Shown here: positions 1-9,526 of the stretch, piece by piece
How the letters are laid out: every line of letters begins with the position of its first letter
Numbering within the stretch: position 1 is the first letter of the stretch
Origin: Acidobacteriota bacterium
GTDB taxonomy: Bacteria; Acidobacteriota; UBA6911; RPQK01; JAJDTT01
NCBI GenBank assembly: GCA_965217775.1
Contig: CBDCJH010000002.1
Location: 3,424,001 to 3,488,000 of the forward strand
Reading direction: 5' to 3'
Length of the DNA stretch: 64,000 nucleotides
Position numbers and translations under genes: made by a program
The notes under the pieces: generated by a model
What the model saw: the letters and a program-made list of their open reading frames with translations, nothing else
Told to the model about the DNA's origin: nothing
The model's database searches: none

Positions 1-53
1 CTGTGCCGGCGGAGGCGGCTTCCGCCACCGGCGGCCAAGGCTGCTAAGCTAAG

Positions 54-1883
54 GTGATGCATACGGAACAGCCTTCCATGGCTGGCCCGGGAGATTCGAA
101 CGGAGGCGCAAACGGCAAGACCGGAGCCGAAGGGGTGCATTGGGACTTGGACGCCCTCTATCCCGATCCGGACTCCCTGGAACGGGATCTGGAACGGACT
201 CAGGACCGGGCCGGCGGTTTCGAGGAACGTTACCGGGGTCGCGTGAGCCGTCTCGATGGCCGTGAGTTGGCTCAGGCCGTCCGCGAGTTCGAAGCTCTGC
301 AGATCGGCCTGGGACGGGCCGCCTCCTATGCCTACCTGCACTGGTGCACCGATACCCAGGATCCTCCCCGCGGCGCCCTCCTGCAGAAGACTCGAGAGGC
401 CTCTACGCAACTGGTTCGAAAAATCCTTTTCTTCGAACTGGAGTGGCTGCAGTTGGACGAGTCGCGAGCGGCCGAGTTACTTTCCACCCCGGAGCTACAG
501 CCCTTCCGACACTACCTGGAGGTGGAGCGGCGCCGGGCGCCCCACGTCCTGAGCGAGTCGGAAGAGAAGATCCTGGCCGAAAAACGGGTCACGGGACGGG
601 CCGCTTGGAACCGCCTGTTCGACCAGATGCACGGTGCTGCCCGCTATGCCTACCGGGACGGAAATCTGACCCGGGAGGAATTGCTTTCCCGCCTGTATCA
701 CTCGGACCGGGAGGTGAGACGGGAATCGGCGCTGGCCTTCAGCCGGGGTCTGGAGGAGCGGGTCAGCGAGATGGCCTTCATCTCCAACACCATGCTGGCC
801 GACAAGGCATGCGACGACCGGCTCAGGAAGTATCCCCACTGGTTGGCCAGCCGGAATCTGGACAACGAGATCGGCGACGAAGCCGTGCAGGTCCTGGTGC
901 AGGCGGTGACCGGACGCTACGACCTGGTGGCCCGCCACTACCGGCTCAAGCAGCGCCTGCTGAAACTGGACGTCTCTTGGGACTATGACCGCTACGCTCC
1001 CGTCGGCATGGCCCCCGCTCGATATTCCTGGGCCACCGCCCGGCGAACCGTGCTGGAGGCGTACGGGGCCTTCCACCCCACCATGGAATCCATCGCCACC
1101 CGTTTCTTCGACGGCCGCTGGATCGACGCTCCCACCAGTCCGGGAAAATCGGGGGGCGCCTTCAGTCACCAGACCGTCCCCCCGGCGCATCCCTACATCA
1201 TGATGAACTACACGGGGAACATTCGGGACGTTCAGACCCTGGCCCACGAATTGGGCCATGGCGTCCACCAGTACCTCTCCCGAACCCAGGGCTACCTCCA
1301 GTCCCGGCCTCCCTTGACCACTTCCGAGACCGCCTCCGTCTTCGGGGAGATGCTGGTCTTCGACCACCTGCTCCGGAACCAGCCGGAGCCCGGGGTCCGG
1401 CTGTCCATCCTGGTGGGCAACATCGATGACACCATGGCCACCGTCTTCCGGCAGATCGCCCTGCACTGCTTCGAGGAGCGGACGCACAACGCGCGGCGAA
1501 GCGAAGGTGAGCTTTCGGTCGAACGCTTCAACGAGCTTTGGATGGAAACTCAAGAGGAGATGTTCCAGGGAAGCGTTCGCCTGGGAGATCACTACGGCAC
1601 CTGGTGGAGCTACATTCCCCACTTCATCCACACCCCCGGCTACGTCTATGCGTACGCCTTCGGCAAGCTGCTGGTCCTGGCCCTCTATGGCCGTTACAAG
1701 CAGAATGCGGACGGATTCGCCGAGGAGTATCTGAGTCTGCTGGAGGCCGGAGGCTCGGACTGGCCACATGTCCAGTTCCAACGCATGGGCGTGGACCTGG
1801 CCGACCCCAATTTCTGGAGCACGGGACTCTCCATGACCGAGGACATGATCCGGCAGGCGGAAGAACTGAGTGAGACCACCTGA
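54..1883 (+). CDS. pepF: M3 family oligoendopeptidase F
   Basis: N-terminal WDLxxLY, zinc motif HELGH with downstream ETAS, C-terminal WSYIPHF..PGYVYAYAFG; ~600 aa. Confidence 0.9.
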   Translation: MMHTEQPSMAGPGDSNGGANGKTGAEGVHWDLDALYPDPDSLERDLERTQDRAGGFEERYRGRVSRLDGRELAQAVREFEALQIGLGRAASYAYLHWCTDTQDPPRGALLQKTREASTQLVRKILFFELEWLQLDESRAAELLSTPELQPFRHYLEVERRRAPHVLSESEEKILAEKRVTGRAAWNRLFDQMHGAARYAYRDGNLTREELLSRLYHSDREVRRESALAFSRGLEERVSEMAFISNTMLADKACDDRLRKYPHWLASRNLDNEIGDEAVQVLVQAVTGRYDLVARHYRLKQRLLKLDVSWDYDRYAPVGMAPARYSWATARRTVLEAYGAFHPTMESIATRFFDGRWIDAPTSPGKSGGAFSHQTVPPAHPYIMMNYTGNIRDVQTLAHELGHGVHQYLSRTQGYLQSRPPLTTSETASVFGEMLVFDHLLRNQPEPGVRLSILVGNIDDTMATVFRQIALHCFEERTHNARRSEGELSVERFNELWMETQEEMFQGSVRLGDHYGTWWSYIPHFIHTPGYVYAYAFGKLLVLALYGRYKQNADGFAEEYLSLLEAGGSDWPHVQFQRMGVDLADPNFWSTGLSMTEDMIRQAEELSETT

Positions 1884-1884
1884 A

Positions 1885-3309
1885 ATGTCCGCCACCCTCT
1901 ACCAGCCCGTGGCAAAAGTCGTCACGGCATTCGACCGTCCCTGCATCCCGGCGGACTGCGTTGCTATCGGCTCACATACTCCCGGTATGCACCCGAATCG
2001 CGCCTTGTCCGGCGGGCGCAGGAACGGTCTCGGTGCTCGCGCGACTTTCACCACGGACTGCTACCGCCGGCGCAAAGGATTGCCGTTCCTCCCAGGCATC
2101 GGTCTCATAGTCATGCTGGCACTCTGTCTCACGGGGCTTCGGGCCGGCGACTGGCCCCAGTTTCTGGGACCGACGCGGGACGGTGTCTACGCGGGGGAGG
2201 ACCTGGCCCGCCAGTGGCCCCCGTCGGGACCTCGCGTGCTCTGGAAACGGGACGTCGGGCAAGGGTTCGCCAACCCCATCGTGGCGGGGGACACCCTGAT
2301 CCTCTTTCACCGGGTGGACGACCGGGACGTGGTGGACGCCCTGGCAGCGGACGACGGCCGGGAGCTGTGGACCTTCTCCTATCCGACCGACTACCGGGAT
2401 GACTTCGGGTTCGACGAGGGACCCCGGGCCAGTCCGGCGGCGGCCGGGGACCGGGTCTATACCTTCGGCGCCCAGGGAATCCTCCAATGCCTGGGCCTGG
2501 GCTCGGGCACCCGGATCTGGCAGGTGGACACCCGGTCCCAATTCCGACCGCGCAAGGGCTTCTTCGGCGCGGCCTGCTCCCCGCTGGTCCGGGACGGCGC
2601 CGTCTACGTCCATGTCGGCGCCAAAGGTGCAGGGGTCGTGGCCTTCGACGCCGACACGGGACGCACCCTCTGGAAGGCCACCGACGACGAGGCGGGCTAC
2701 TCTTCGCCCGTGCACGCGTCCATCGGCGGAGTGCCCCGGATCATCTCCTTCACCCGGAGCGGCGTCGTCTCCATCGATCCGGCCACGGGACGAGTGGGCT
2801 TCCGAGTGCGCTGGCGGTCGCGAAGCCGGGCTTCGGTCAATGCGGCCACGCCCCTCATCGTCGGGGATCAGATCTTCGTGTCGGCCAGCTACAGCACCGG
2901 CGCCCTGCTGCTGGATGCCGCCGGAGAGTCGCCCGAGAAGATCTGGACCTCGAACGACGCTCTCAGCAACCACTACGCCACCAGCGTCTACCGGGACGGG
3001 TATCTCTACGGCTTTCACGGCCGTCAGGAATACGGTCCCAGCCTGCGTTGCGTCGAGTGGCGGACGGGACGGGTCGAGTGGAATCAGGACGGGCTGCGCG
3101 CCGGAACCGTCACTCTGGCGGGAGACCGGCTCCTGATCCTGAACGAGCGGGGAGAGTTGATTCTGGCCGCGGCCGATCCCGAGGGGTTTCAGGTGATCTC
3201 GCGCGCCCAGGTTCTGGAGGGCACGGTGCGTGCCTATCCGGCCCTGGCCCGGGGCCGCCTCTATGCCCGGACCGAGACGGCGCTGGTCTGCATCGACTTG
3301 CGAAAATGA
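1885..3309 (+). CDS. Exported PQQ-like/BamB-type beta-propeller protein with an in-frame MITE in its signal peptide
   Basis: DWPQFLGPTRDG start of mature domain; repeated A.D..TG...W blades; ATG 1885 lies 1 nt after the pepF stop; removing the MITE restores MSATLYRRRKGLPFLPGIGLIVMLALCLTGLRA. Confidence 0.8.
   Translation: MSATLYQPVAKVVTAFDRPCIPADCVAIGSHTPGMHPNRALSGGRRNGLGARATFTTDCYRRRKGLPFLPGIGLIVMLALCLTGLRAGDWPQFLGPTRDGVYAGEDLARQWPPSGPRVLWKRDVGQGFANPIVAGDTLILFHRVDDRDVVDALAADDGRELWTFSYPTDYRDDFGFDEGPRASPAAAGDRVYTFGAQGILQCLGLGSGTRIWQVDTRSQFRPRKGFFGAACSPLVRDGAVYVHVGAKGAGVVAFDADTGRTLWKATDDEAGYSSPVHASIGGVPRIISFTRSGVVSIDPATGRVGFRVRWRSRSRASVNAATPLIVGDQIFVSASYSTGALLLDAAGESPEKIWTSNDALSNHYATSVYRDGYLYGFHGRQEYGPSLRCVEWRTGRVEWNQDGLRAGTVTLAGDRLLILNERGELILAAADPEGFQVISRAQVLEGTVRAYPALARGRLYARTETALVCIDLRK
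1903..2060 (+). mobile_element. 158-bp palindromic MITE, copy 1
   Basis: Imperfect TIRs CAGCCCGTGGCAAAAGTCG / CGACTTTCACCACGGACTG; 4-bp direct repeat CTAC at 1899-1902 and 2061-2064; near-identical copies at 38528 and 38910. Confidence 0.92.
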
Positions 3310-3396
3310 AACGAAACACCGTCGGCTGCTGGAATGCCGTCGGCGGAAAGAGTAGCCTGACGACAGCCCCTTTCGATTCAAACGGAGGATAAAACC

Positions 3397-4722
3397 ATGG
3401 TGAAGCCGATCGAGCGAAGAAGTTTTCTGAAGAGTTCCGCCGGTGTGGTGGCTACGGCCGCCGTGACCAGCGGTTCCGCCGCGAGTCTCCTGTCCCGGGC
3501 CGATGCCAACGACACCATCCGGGCGGGGGTGGTCGGACTCCGAGGCCGGGGAAAGTCTCACCTCAGGGGTTTCACCGGACTGCCCAAAGTGGAAGTCGTG
3601 GCGTTGTGCGACGTGGACGAGAGCATCATGGCCCAGCGCGCCTCCGACCTGGAGAAGCTGACGGGGCGGAAGGCCCGCACCTACACCGACATGCGCCGGT
3701 TGCTGGAGGCCAAGGACATCGACGTGGTGGGATTCGCCACGCCCAACCACTGGCACGCCCTGGGCGGAATCTGGGCCTGCCAGGCGGGCAAGGACGCGTA
3801 CGTGGAGAAGCCCTGCTCCCACAACATCTTCGAAGGCCGGAAGCTGGTGGAAGCCGCCCGCCGCTACGGCCGCATCGTCCAGCACGGGACCCAGTCCCGT
3901 TCCAGCGTCGGCGTTCGCGACGGAATCCAGAAGCTCCGGGAAGGGGTGATCGGAGACGTCTACATGGCCAAGGGACTCTGCTACAAGTGGAGAAACACCA
4001 TCGGCCACACCCCGGAAGAGCCGGTCCCCAACGGTGTCCACTACGATCTGTGGTTGGGACCCGCGCGCCAGCGCCCGTACAGCCGCAACCGGTTCCACTA
4101 CAACTGGCACTGGCACTGGGATTACGGCAACGGGGACATCGGGAACCAGGGCGTGCACGAGATGGACATGGCCCGTTGGGGGCTGGGAGTGGGATTGCCC
4201 ACCAGGGTCCAATCCTCCGGCGGCCACTACCTGTTCGACGACGACCAGGAGACCCCCAACTGCCAGTTGGCCACCTTCGAATACCCGGACCAGAAGAAAC
4301 AACTGGTCTTCGAGGTGCGCCACTGGATCACCAACCATGAAGCCGGCCTCGGCCAGGGGGAGTCCAATGAGGTGGGCGTCCTCTTTTTCGGCTCCGACGG
4401 CTACATGGTCATGCAGGGCGGTAAAGGTTACCGGACCTACCTGGGACGGAAGCGGGAGCCGGGACCGGCCCGCATGGAAACGGGCAACAATTTCGCCAAC
4501 TTCATCCAGGCCGTCCGTTCTCGCCGGCGCGAGGACCTGAACGCAGAGATCGAAGAGGGTCACCTCTCTTCGGCGCTCTGTCACCTGGCGAACATGGCCT
4601 ATCGCACCGGCCGGACGCTGGACTTCGATCCCGCGACCGAGACTGTCCAAGGCGACGGCGAGGCCAGCGCGCTGTTGACCCGCGACTACCGGGCTCCCTT
4701 CGTAGTCCCCGAAGTGGTCTGA
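3397..4722 (+). CDS. Tat-exported Gfo/Idh/MocA family oxidoreductase
   Basis: ERRSFLK Tat motif, GVVGLRGRG, ATPNHWH, YVEKP; SD GGAGG upstream. Confidence 0.9.
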   Translation: MVKPIERRSFLKSSAGVVATAAVTSGSAASLLSRADANDTIRAGVVGLRGRGKSHLRGFTGLPKVEVVALCDVDESIMAQRASDLEKLTGRKARTYTDMRRLLEAKDIDVVGFATPNHWHALGGIWACQAGKDAYVEKPCSHNIFEGRKLVEAARRYGRIVQHGTQSRSSVGVRDGIQKLREGVIGDVYMAKGLCYKWRNTIGHTPEEPVPNGVHYDLWLGPARQRPYSRNRFHYNWHWHWDYGNGDIGNQGVHEMDMARWGLGVGLPTRVQSSGGHYLFDDDQETPNCQLATFEYPDQKKQLVFEVRHWITNHEAGLGQGESNEVGVLFFGSDGYMVMQGGKGYRTYLGRKREPGPARMETGNNFANFIQAVRSRRREDLNAEIEEGHLSSALCHLANMAYRTGRTLDFDPATETVQGDGEASALLTRDYRAPFVVPEVV

Positions 4723-6218
4723 GTCCGCCAGACGGTGAGAGCCTCTGCCGGAGCCCACGCCGGCGGACGCAGAATCCGGCTGCACAAGTAGGCCGCCAGG
4801 AGGCAACTGCCTGCCGACACCGGTCCGTACAGGAGCCAGTGCACCTGAGTGTGGTTCTGCACGTAGTAGGACAGAGGCAGAACCAGGACCAAGGTCGCTG
4901 CCAGCCAGCCTCGAAAGTGCCCCCGCTGGGTCAGTAGCCCCAGCAGGAACAGAGCCGTCACCGGGGCACCCACGTAGCCGGTGACCTGATGCACGGCCTT
5001 GACGATGCCTTCGATGTTGGAAAACAGCAGTGCCGTCAGCGTGGCGGCGGCACCCAGCCCCACCGTGATTCCCCGCGCCATCATGAGAGACTGCCGATCC
5101 GTGAGCCGGAACGGGGCCAGGGGTTTCACCAGGTCCACGACGATCATGGTGCTTATGGAGTGGATGCCCGAATCCAGCGTGGACATGGACGCCGCGAAGA
5201 CGCCGGCGATCAGGAGTCCTGTGGCGCCCACCGGTAGGGCGTGGACGATATAGAAGGGCAGGATCCGGTCCCCCGCCACTCCTTCGGCAAGACGTTCCGG
5301 AAAACTCTGGAAATAGGCGTATAGTCCGAGCCCGATGAAGAAGAGGAGGCCGACCACCACAAGCTGCATGAAAACGTCCAGGAACACGGCCTTGGTCATC
5401 TGCCGAACGTTTCTCACCGCCAGCAGGCGCTGAACGGTGACCTGCGAGGTCCCATACTGGCCGAAAGCGACCACGAAATTACAGATGGCGACCGTGATCA
5501 AGTTGGCCTGATCCAACCGGAACCCGAACTCGAGGCGGGGAAGCTTGTCGGCCGCGAGCGCTGTCTCCAGGATCTGTTCCACGCCGCCGGGAAGGCTCGA
5601 ACTCAGAGAGACCACCACGAGCAGGGCGCCCGAACTCAGGACCAGGAACTGGATCACGTCGGTCCAGATGACTGCGGCCAATCCTCCCAGGGCCGTGTAG
5701 AGGGTGGCCACCGCGCCCATGACCAGGATGCACCCGACCAGGTCCATACCGGTGACGGTCGAGAGCGCCAGCGCGGGCGCATAGAGCGCCAGTCCCATCC
5801 AGCCCTGGATCTGAAGGATCGCGAACACCGAGGTGGCATAGCGGGCGGGCGGGCCGAAGCGCCGGTTGACGTACTCGTAGATCGAGGTGACGTCGAGCCG
5901 CCGGTAGATGGGGAAAAAGAGGAGGATGACCAGAGGGGCCGTCATCAGGAGGATGACCGGACCCAGCACAAAGGAGGCGTTTTCCTCGTAGGCCAACGCC
6001 GGAGCCCCCAGGTAGGAGAGGGCGCTCAGCAGGCTGGCGGACAGGCTCAGCGAGACTGCCAGCCAGGGCATGCGGCCGCCGGCCAGAAAGTAGGAGCGGG
6101 TGTCCTTCTGCCGTCCCGCAAGGACCACTGCCAGGAGGGTGACCAGCAGCAGGTAGGCCACCAGGACCGAAGTGTTGACGGCGCCGAAGGAAGGCTGTTC
6201 CACGCTGATCCGGGACAC
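4686..6218 (-). CDS. Sodium:solute symporter (SSS) family transporter
   Basis: YFLAGGRMPW, YTALGGLAAVIWTD, QRLLA, AASMSTLDS motifs; many hydrophobic helices. Confidence 0.9.
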   Translation of the reverse strand: MSRISVEQPSFGAVNTSVLVAYLLLVTLLAVVLAGRQKDTRSYFLAGGRMPWLAVSLSLSASLLSALSYLGAPALAYEENASFVLGPVILLMTAPLVILLFFPIYRRLDVTSIYEYVNRRFGPPARYATSVFAILQIQGWMGLALYAPALALSTVTGMDLVGCILVMGAVATLYTALGGLAAVIWTDVIQFLVLSSGALLVVVSLSSSLPGGVEQILETALAADKLPRLEFGFRLDQANLITVAICNFVVAFGQYGTSQVTVQRLLAVRNVRQMTKAVFLDVFMQLVVVGLLFFIGLGLYAYFQSFPERLAEGVAGDRILPFYIVHALPVGATGLLIAGVFAASMSTLDSGIHSISTMIVVDLVKPLAPFRLTDRQSLMMARGITVGLGAAATLTALLFSNIEGIVKAVHQVTGYVGAPVTALFLLGLLTQRGHFRGWLAATLVLVLPLSYYVQNHTQVHWLLYGPVSAGSCLLAAYLCSRILRPPAWAPAEALTVWRTQTTSGTTKGAR

Positions 6219-6247
6219 TCCTTCCTTTGGGGTCCCCGTCCACGCAC

Positions 6248-6256
6248 TGCTATACT
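6248..6256 (+). promoter_or_regulatory. Extended -10 promoter (TGcTATACT) upstream of tRNA-Val
   Basis: TGnTATACT about 46 nt upstream of the tRNA. Confidence 0.45.
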
Positions 6257-6302
6257 GATTTGGCCTTAGAGACCCGTCTTCGAGTCCGCCGGACTCGGTT
6301 GT

Positions 6303-6378
6303 GGGCGGTTAGCTCAGCTGGGAGAGCGCCTCCCTTACAAGGAGGAGGTCGGCAGTTCGAACCTGCCACCGCCCACCA
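6303..6378 (+). tRNA. tRNA-Val(TAC)
   Basis: Acceptor stem GGGCGGT/ACCGCCC, D-arm AGCTCAGCTGGGAGAGC, anticodon stem CCTCC-CTTACAA-GGAGG, T-loop GTTCGAAC, encoded CCA. Confidence 0.97.
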
Positions 6379-6391
6379 GATCCCGCCTCGC

Positions 6392-7216
6392 TCACGATTC
6401 TTCAGTCTTCCGGTTCAACTCTCTCGATCGGGCCGTCGCCGCTGCTACTGCGCTCATGAGCGCGGCGCGCAGGCCCCGATCTTCCAGCTCCCTCAATGCT
6501 GCCGCGGTGGTGCCGCCGGGCGTCGTCACCCGATCCCGCAGCACCGCCGGATGGTCGCCGCTTTCCTGCACCTGCCTGGCCGCCCCCAGCACGGTCTGAG
6601 CGGCCAGCTTCATGGCCACGTCCCGGGGCAGCCCCATATGGACCCCGCCGTCGCAGAGGGCCTCGATGACGGTGTAGACGTAAGCCGGACCGCTGCCGCT
6701 GAGCCCGGTGACGGCGTCCAGGAGCTTCTCCTCCACCCGGACCACTTCTCCCACCGCCCCGAAGAGGGACTCGGCCACCTGGTAGTGCTCTTCGCTTGCC
6801 GGATCGCAGCCCGCCAGAGCGCTGGCCGCGGCATCCACGGTGGCCGCGATGTTGGGCATGACGCGGACCACCGGGTTGTTCTTTCCCAGAAGGTCCCGAA
6901 TGCGGGTGCTCTCGACCCCGGCCAGGATGGAGATGACGAGTTGACTGGGGCGCACGGAATCGCGAATGTCAGCGGCCACTTTGGGAAGGATCTGAGGCTT
7001 GACCGCGAGGATGATGACATCGGCTGCGGCGACGTGGGGAACCGGATCGACGTCGACATTCACGCCATGGCGGGACCGGAGTGTTTCCAGCAGGCCGGGC
7101 AGGATGTCGATCACAGTGACCCTTCTGGCCGGGGCCAGTCCGGACTGGATGATCCCCCGGAGCAGGGCCGATCCCATGTTTCCCCCACCGATCAGGAGAA
7201 CGTTTTTTTCATTCAT
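6392..7216 (-). CDS. proC: Pyrroline-5-carboxylate reductase
   Basis: IGGGNMG, LAVKPQ, RVMPN, TGLSGSGPAY, VTTPGGTT. Confidence 0.95.
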   Translation of the reverse strand: MNEKNVLLIGGGNMGSALLRGIIQSGLAPARRVTVIDILPGLLETLRSRHGVNVDVDPVPHVAAADVIILAVKPQILPKVAADIRDSVRPSQLVISILAGVESTRIRDLLGKNNPVVRVMPNIAATVDAAASALAGCDPASEEHYQVAESLFGAVGEVVRVEEKLLDAVTGLSGSGPAYVYTVIEALCDGGVHMGLPRDVAMKLAAQTVLGAARQVQESGDHPAVLRDRVTTPGGTTAAALRELEDRGLRAALMSAVAAATARSRELNRKTEES

Positions 7217-7488
7217 GAGACTCCCTGAACTAACAGTCGGACAAAGTTTAGCAGTCCATGGAAAACGCCGCCGCCGAGTTCGACCGAACGATCGTCAGCA
7301 AGCATCCTCATCTTCCTCCCAAAGCTCAGGTAAGACCGGATCGGGACCGTCCGGGACGAGGGAGCATGCAGACGTGGGAAAGTTCGTCTTCGGAGGATAT
7401 CATGGGCGTCTCATGGCGTATTCGGATCCTTGGAAGCGGTGCATCACGGCGGCATAGTAGACTGGGGCGAACAGGCGCGGAACGAGAT

Positions 7489-8553
7489 ATGGAGAATCGA
7501 TACGAACGCTGGTCCGAGATCTCTCTGAGCGGAGAATTCTTCCCCCGTGAAGACGCGTTGGAGGTGCTGACCGATCCCACCGTCGACATCCTCCGCCTGG
7601 TGGCGGCCGCCGGCGACGTGCGGATGGCCCGCTTTGGGCGCAAGGTCAAGGTCCACCAGATCAACAACATCAAGAACGGGCTCTGTCCCGAGGACTGCGG
7701 TTACTGCGCCCAGTCCAAGATCGCCCAGGCCCCGCTGCGCAAGTACGCCATGAAGGACGAGGAGGCCATCGTCCAGGAGGCCCGGGAGGCCAAGGAACAG
7801 GGGGTCTACCGCTACTGCATGGTGGCCAGCGGGCGCGGTCCCACGCCCCACGAAGCGGCCAAGCTGGCCCGGATCATCCGCCGCATCGACCAGGAGGTAG
7901 GGATCCGGACCTGCCTTTCGGCGGGCCTGGTGGACTTGGAGAAGGCGAGCCTGTTCAAACGGGCCGGCCTGGACCGGCTCAATCACAATCTGAACACCAG
8001 CCGCCGCCACACCGGCAGGATCGTGGGCACCCACACCTACCAGGACCGGATCGACACCCTGGAAGCGGCCACTCAGGCGGGACTGGAAAGCTGCAGCGGC
8101 ATGATCACCGGAATGGGCGAGACGGACGAGGACATTCTGGACGTGGCCTACGAGCTCCGTTCGCTGGACGTCCCCTCCATCCCGGTCAACTTCCTCATCC
8201 CCATCGAGGGGAACCCCGTGTTCGACTTCGATCAGCTCTCGCCACGCCGCTGCCTCCGGATCCTCTGCGCCTTCCGATTCGTCAACCCCCGGGCGGAGAT
8301 TCGGGTCGCCGCCGGGCGGGAAGGCCACCTCCGCCAACTGCAGGTCCTTTCCCTCTATCCTGCGAACTCCCTCTTTGTGGACGGTTACCTGGCTACTCGA
8401 GGGGACCCCAAGCAGCCCGTGTACCGCATGATCCGGGACGCCGGTTTCGAAATCGAAGGGGAAACGCTCCCGGGCACGCCCCGGACCTCGGCTCAGAATT
8501 ACGCCATCGACGACAATCCCAGCATCCTGAATCCCAAGACGGCGCGGGTGTAG
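7489..8553 (+). CDS. bioB: Biotin synthase (radical SAM)
   Basis: CPEDCGYC, NHNLNTS, CSGMITGMGE, SIPVNFL, IRVAAGRE; start chosen at ATG 7489. Confidence 0.92.
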   Translation: MENRYERWSEISLSGEFFPREDALEVLTDPTVDILRLVAAAGDVRMARFGRKVKVHQINNIKNGLCPEDCGYCAQSKIAQAPLRKYAMKDEEAIVQEAREAKEQGVYRYCMVASGRGPTPHEAAKLARIIRRIDQEVGIRTCLSAGLVDLEKASLFKRAGLDRLNHNLNTSRRHTGRIVGTHTYQDRIDTLEAATQAGLESCSGMITGMGETDEDILDVAYELRSLDVPSIPVNFLIPIEGNPVFDFDQLSPRRCLRILCAFRFVNPRAEIRVAAGREGHLRQLQVLSLYPANSLFVDGYLATRGDPKQPVYRMIRDAGFEIEGETLPGTPRTSAQNYAIDDNPSILNPKTARV

Positions 8554-8560
8554 GGGCAGG

Positions 8561-9517
8561 ATGAGGAGGGAGGAACCAGAGATGAGTTCCCGATCCGGCC
8601 CGCCGCCACTCCAACGGGGCATCATCTCCGTCATCCAGACTCCCTTCGATTCCCAGGGCGCCGTGGACCAGTCCTCGCTGGACAACCTGGTGGAGGACGC
8701 CATCGCAGGGGGCGTGAACGGCTTCATGGTTCCGGCGGTGGCCAGCGAGGTCGCCTGCCTCACCTCTGATGAGCGCTCCGGCATCGTCCGCCGTGTCACC
8801 GAGATCGTGGCCGGGCGTGTCCCCATCATCGTGGGAGCCTCCGAAACCCGGCCTCGCGTCTGTATCGAGCAGGCCCATCTGGCCCGGGAGGTCGGGGCCG
8901 CCGCTTACATGGTGGCGGTGCCCACCGAGCTGTATCAAGAACCGGAAAAGGTGGAACCGTTCTTTCGGGAGGTGGTCGAGGGCGCGGGGGACTTTCCCCT
9001 GATGCTGCAGGATCTGGACTTCACCGGCGCGGGTCTGGAACCTGGAATGATCCGCCGGCTCACCCAGGTGCTTCCCAGCCTGTCTTCGCTCAAGATCGAG
9101 TCGAACCCGGCCGGTCCCAAGTACACGGACATCCGGGAAATCTGCGGGAGCGAGATGTTCCTGGCCGGAGGATGGGCCATCGCCCAGATGATCGAGGCGC
9201 TGGATCGCGGAGTGGACGCCATGATTCCCGAATGTTCCATGGTTCGGGTCTGGTCAGCCGTCGACCGCTGTTATCGCAATGGACGACGGCAGGAAGCGAT
9301 CCGAATCTTCAATCGTGTCCAGCCCGTCGTGGGTTTTACCCACCAGGACCTGTTGGTGGCCATCGCTTTCGGAAAACGGCTGCTGGTGCGAAAAGGCATC
9401 TTCGCCACCGACCGCATGCGGCTCGGAGATTTCCGGTGGGATCGGTACAACGGCCGTGTCGCCGACGAGCTCATCGACGACTACTTGGAACTGGAGGCAT
9501 CCGTCTCCTCTGCCTGA
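8561..9517 (+). CDS. DapA/NanA-like (DHDPS family) lyase or dehydratase
   Basis: TPF...G.VD, GRVPIIVG, Schiff-base Lys in LKIE; PAVASE replaces GxxGE. Confidence 0.8.
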   Translation: MRREEPEMSSRSGPPPLQRGIISVIQTPFDSQGAVDQSSLDNLVEDAIAGGVNGFMVPAVASEVACLTSDERSGIVRRVTEIVAGRVPIIVGASETRPRVCIEQAHLAREVGAAAYMVAVPTELYQEPEKVEPFFREVVEGAGDFPLMLQDLDFTGAGLEPGMIRRLTQVLPSLSSLKIESNPAGPKYTDIREICGSEMFLAGGWAIAQMIEALDRGVDAMIPECSMVRVWSAVDRCYRNGRRQEAIRIFNRVQPVVGFTHQDLLVAIAFGKRLLVRKGIFATDRMRLGDFRWDRYNGRVADELIDDYLELEASVSSA

Positions 9518-9526
9518 GCCCCAGGA

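Noticed and set aside
6303-6400. tRNA-Val as an integration site
   Set aside because: No duplicated 3' end or integrase in the window; flanked by ordinary genes
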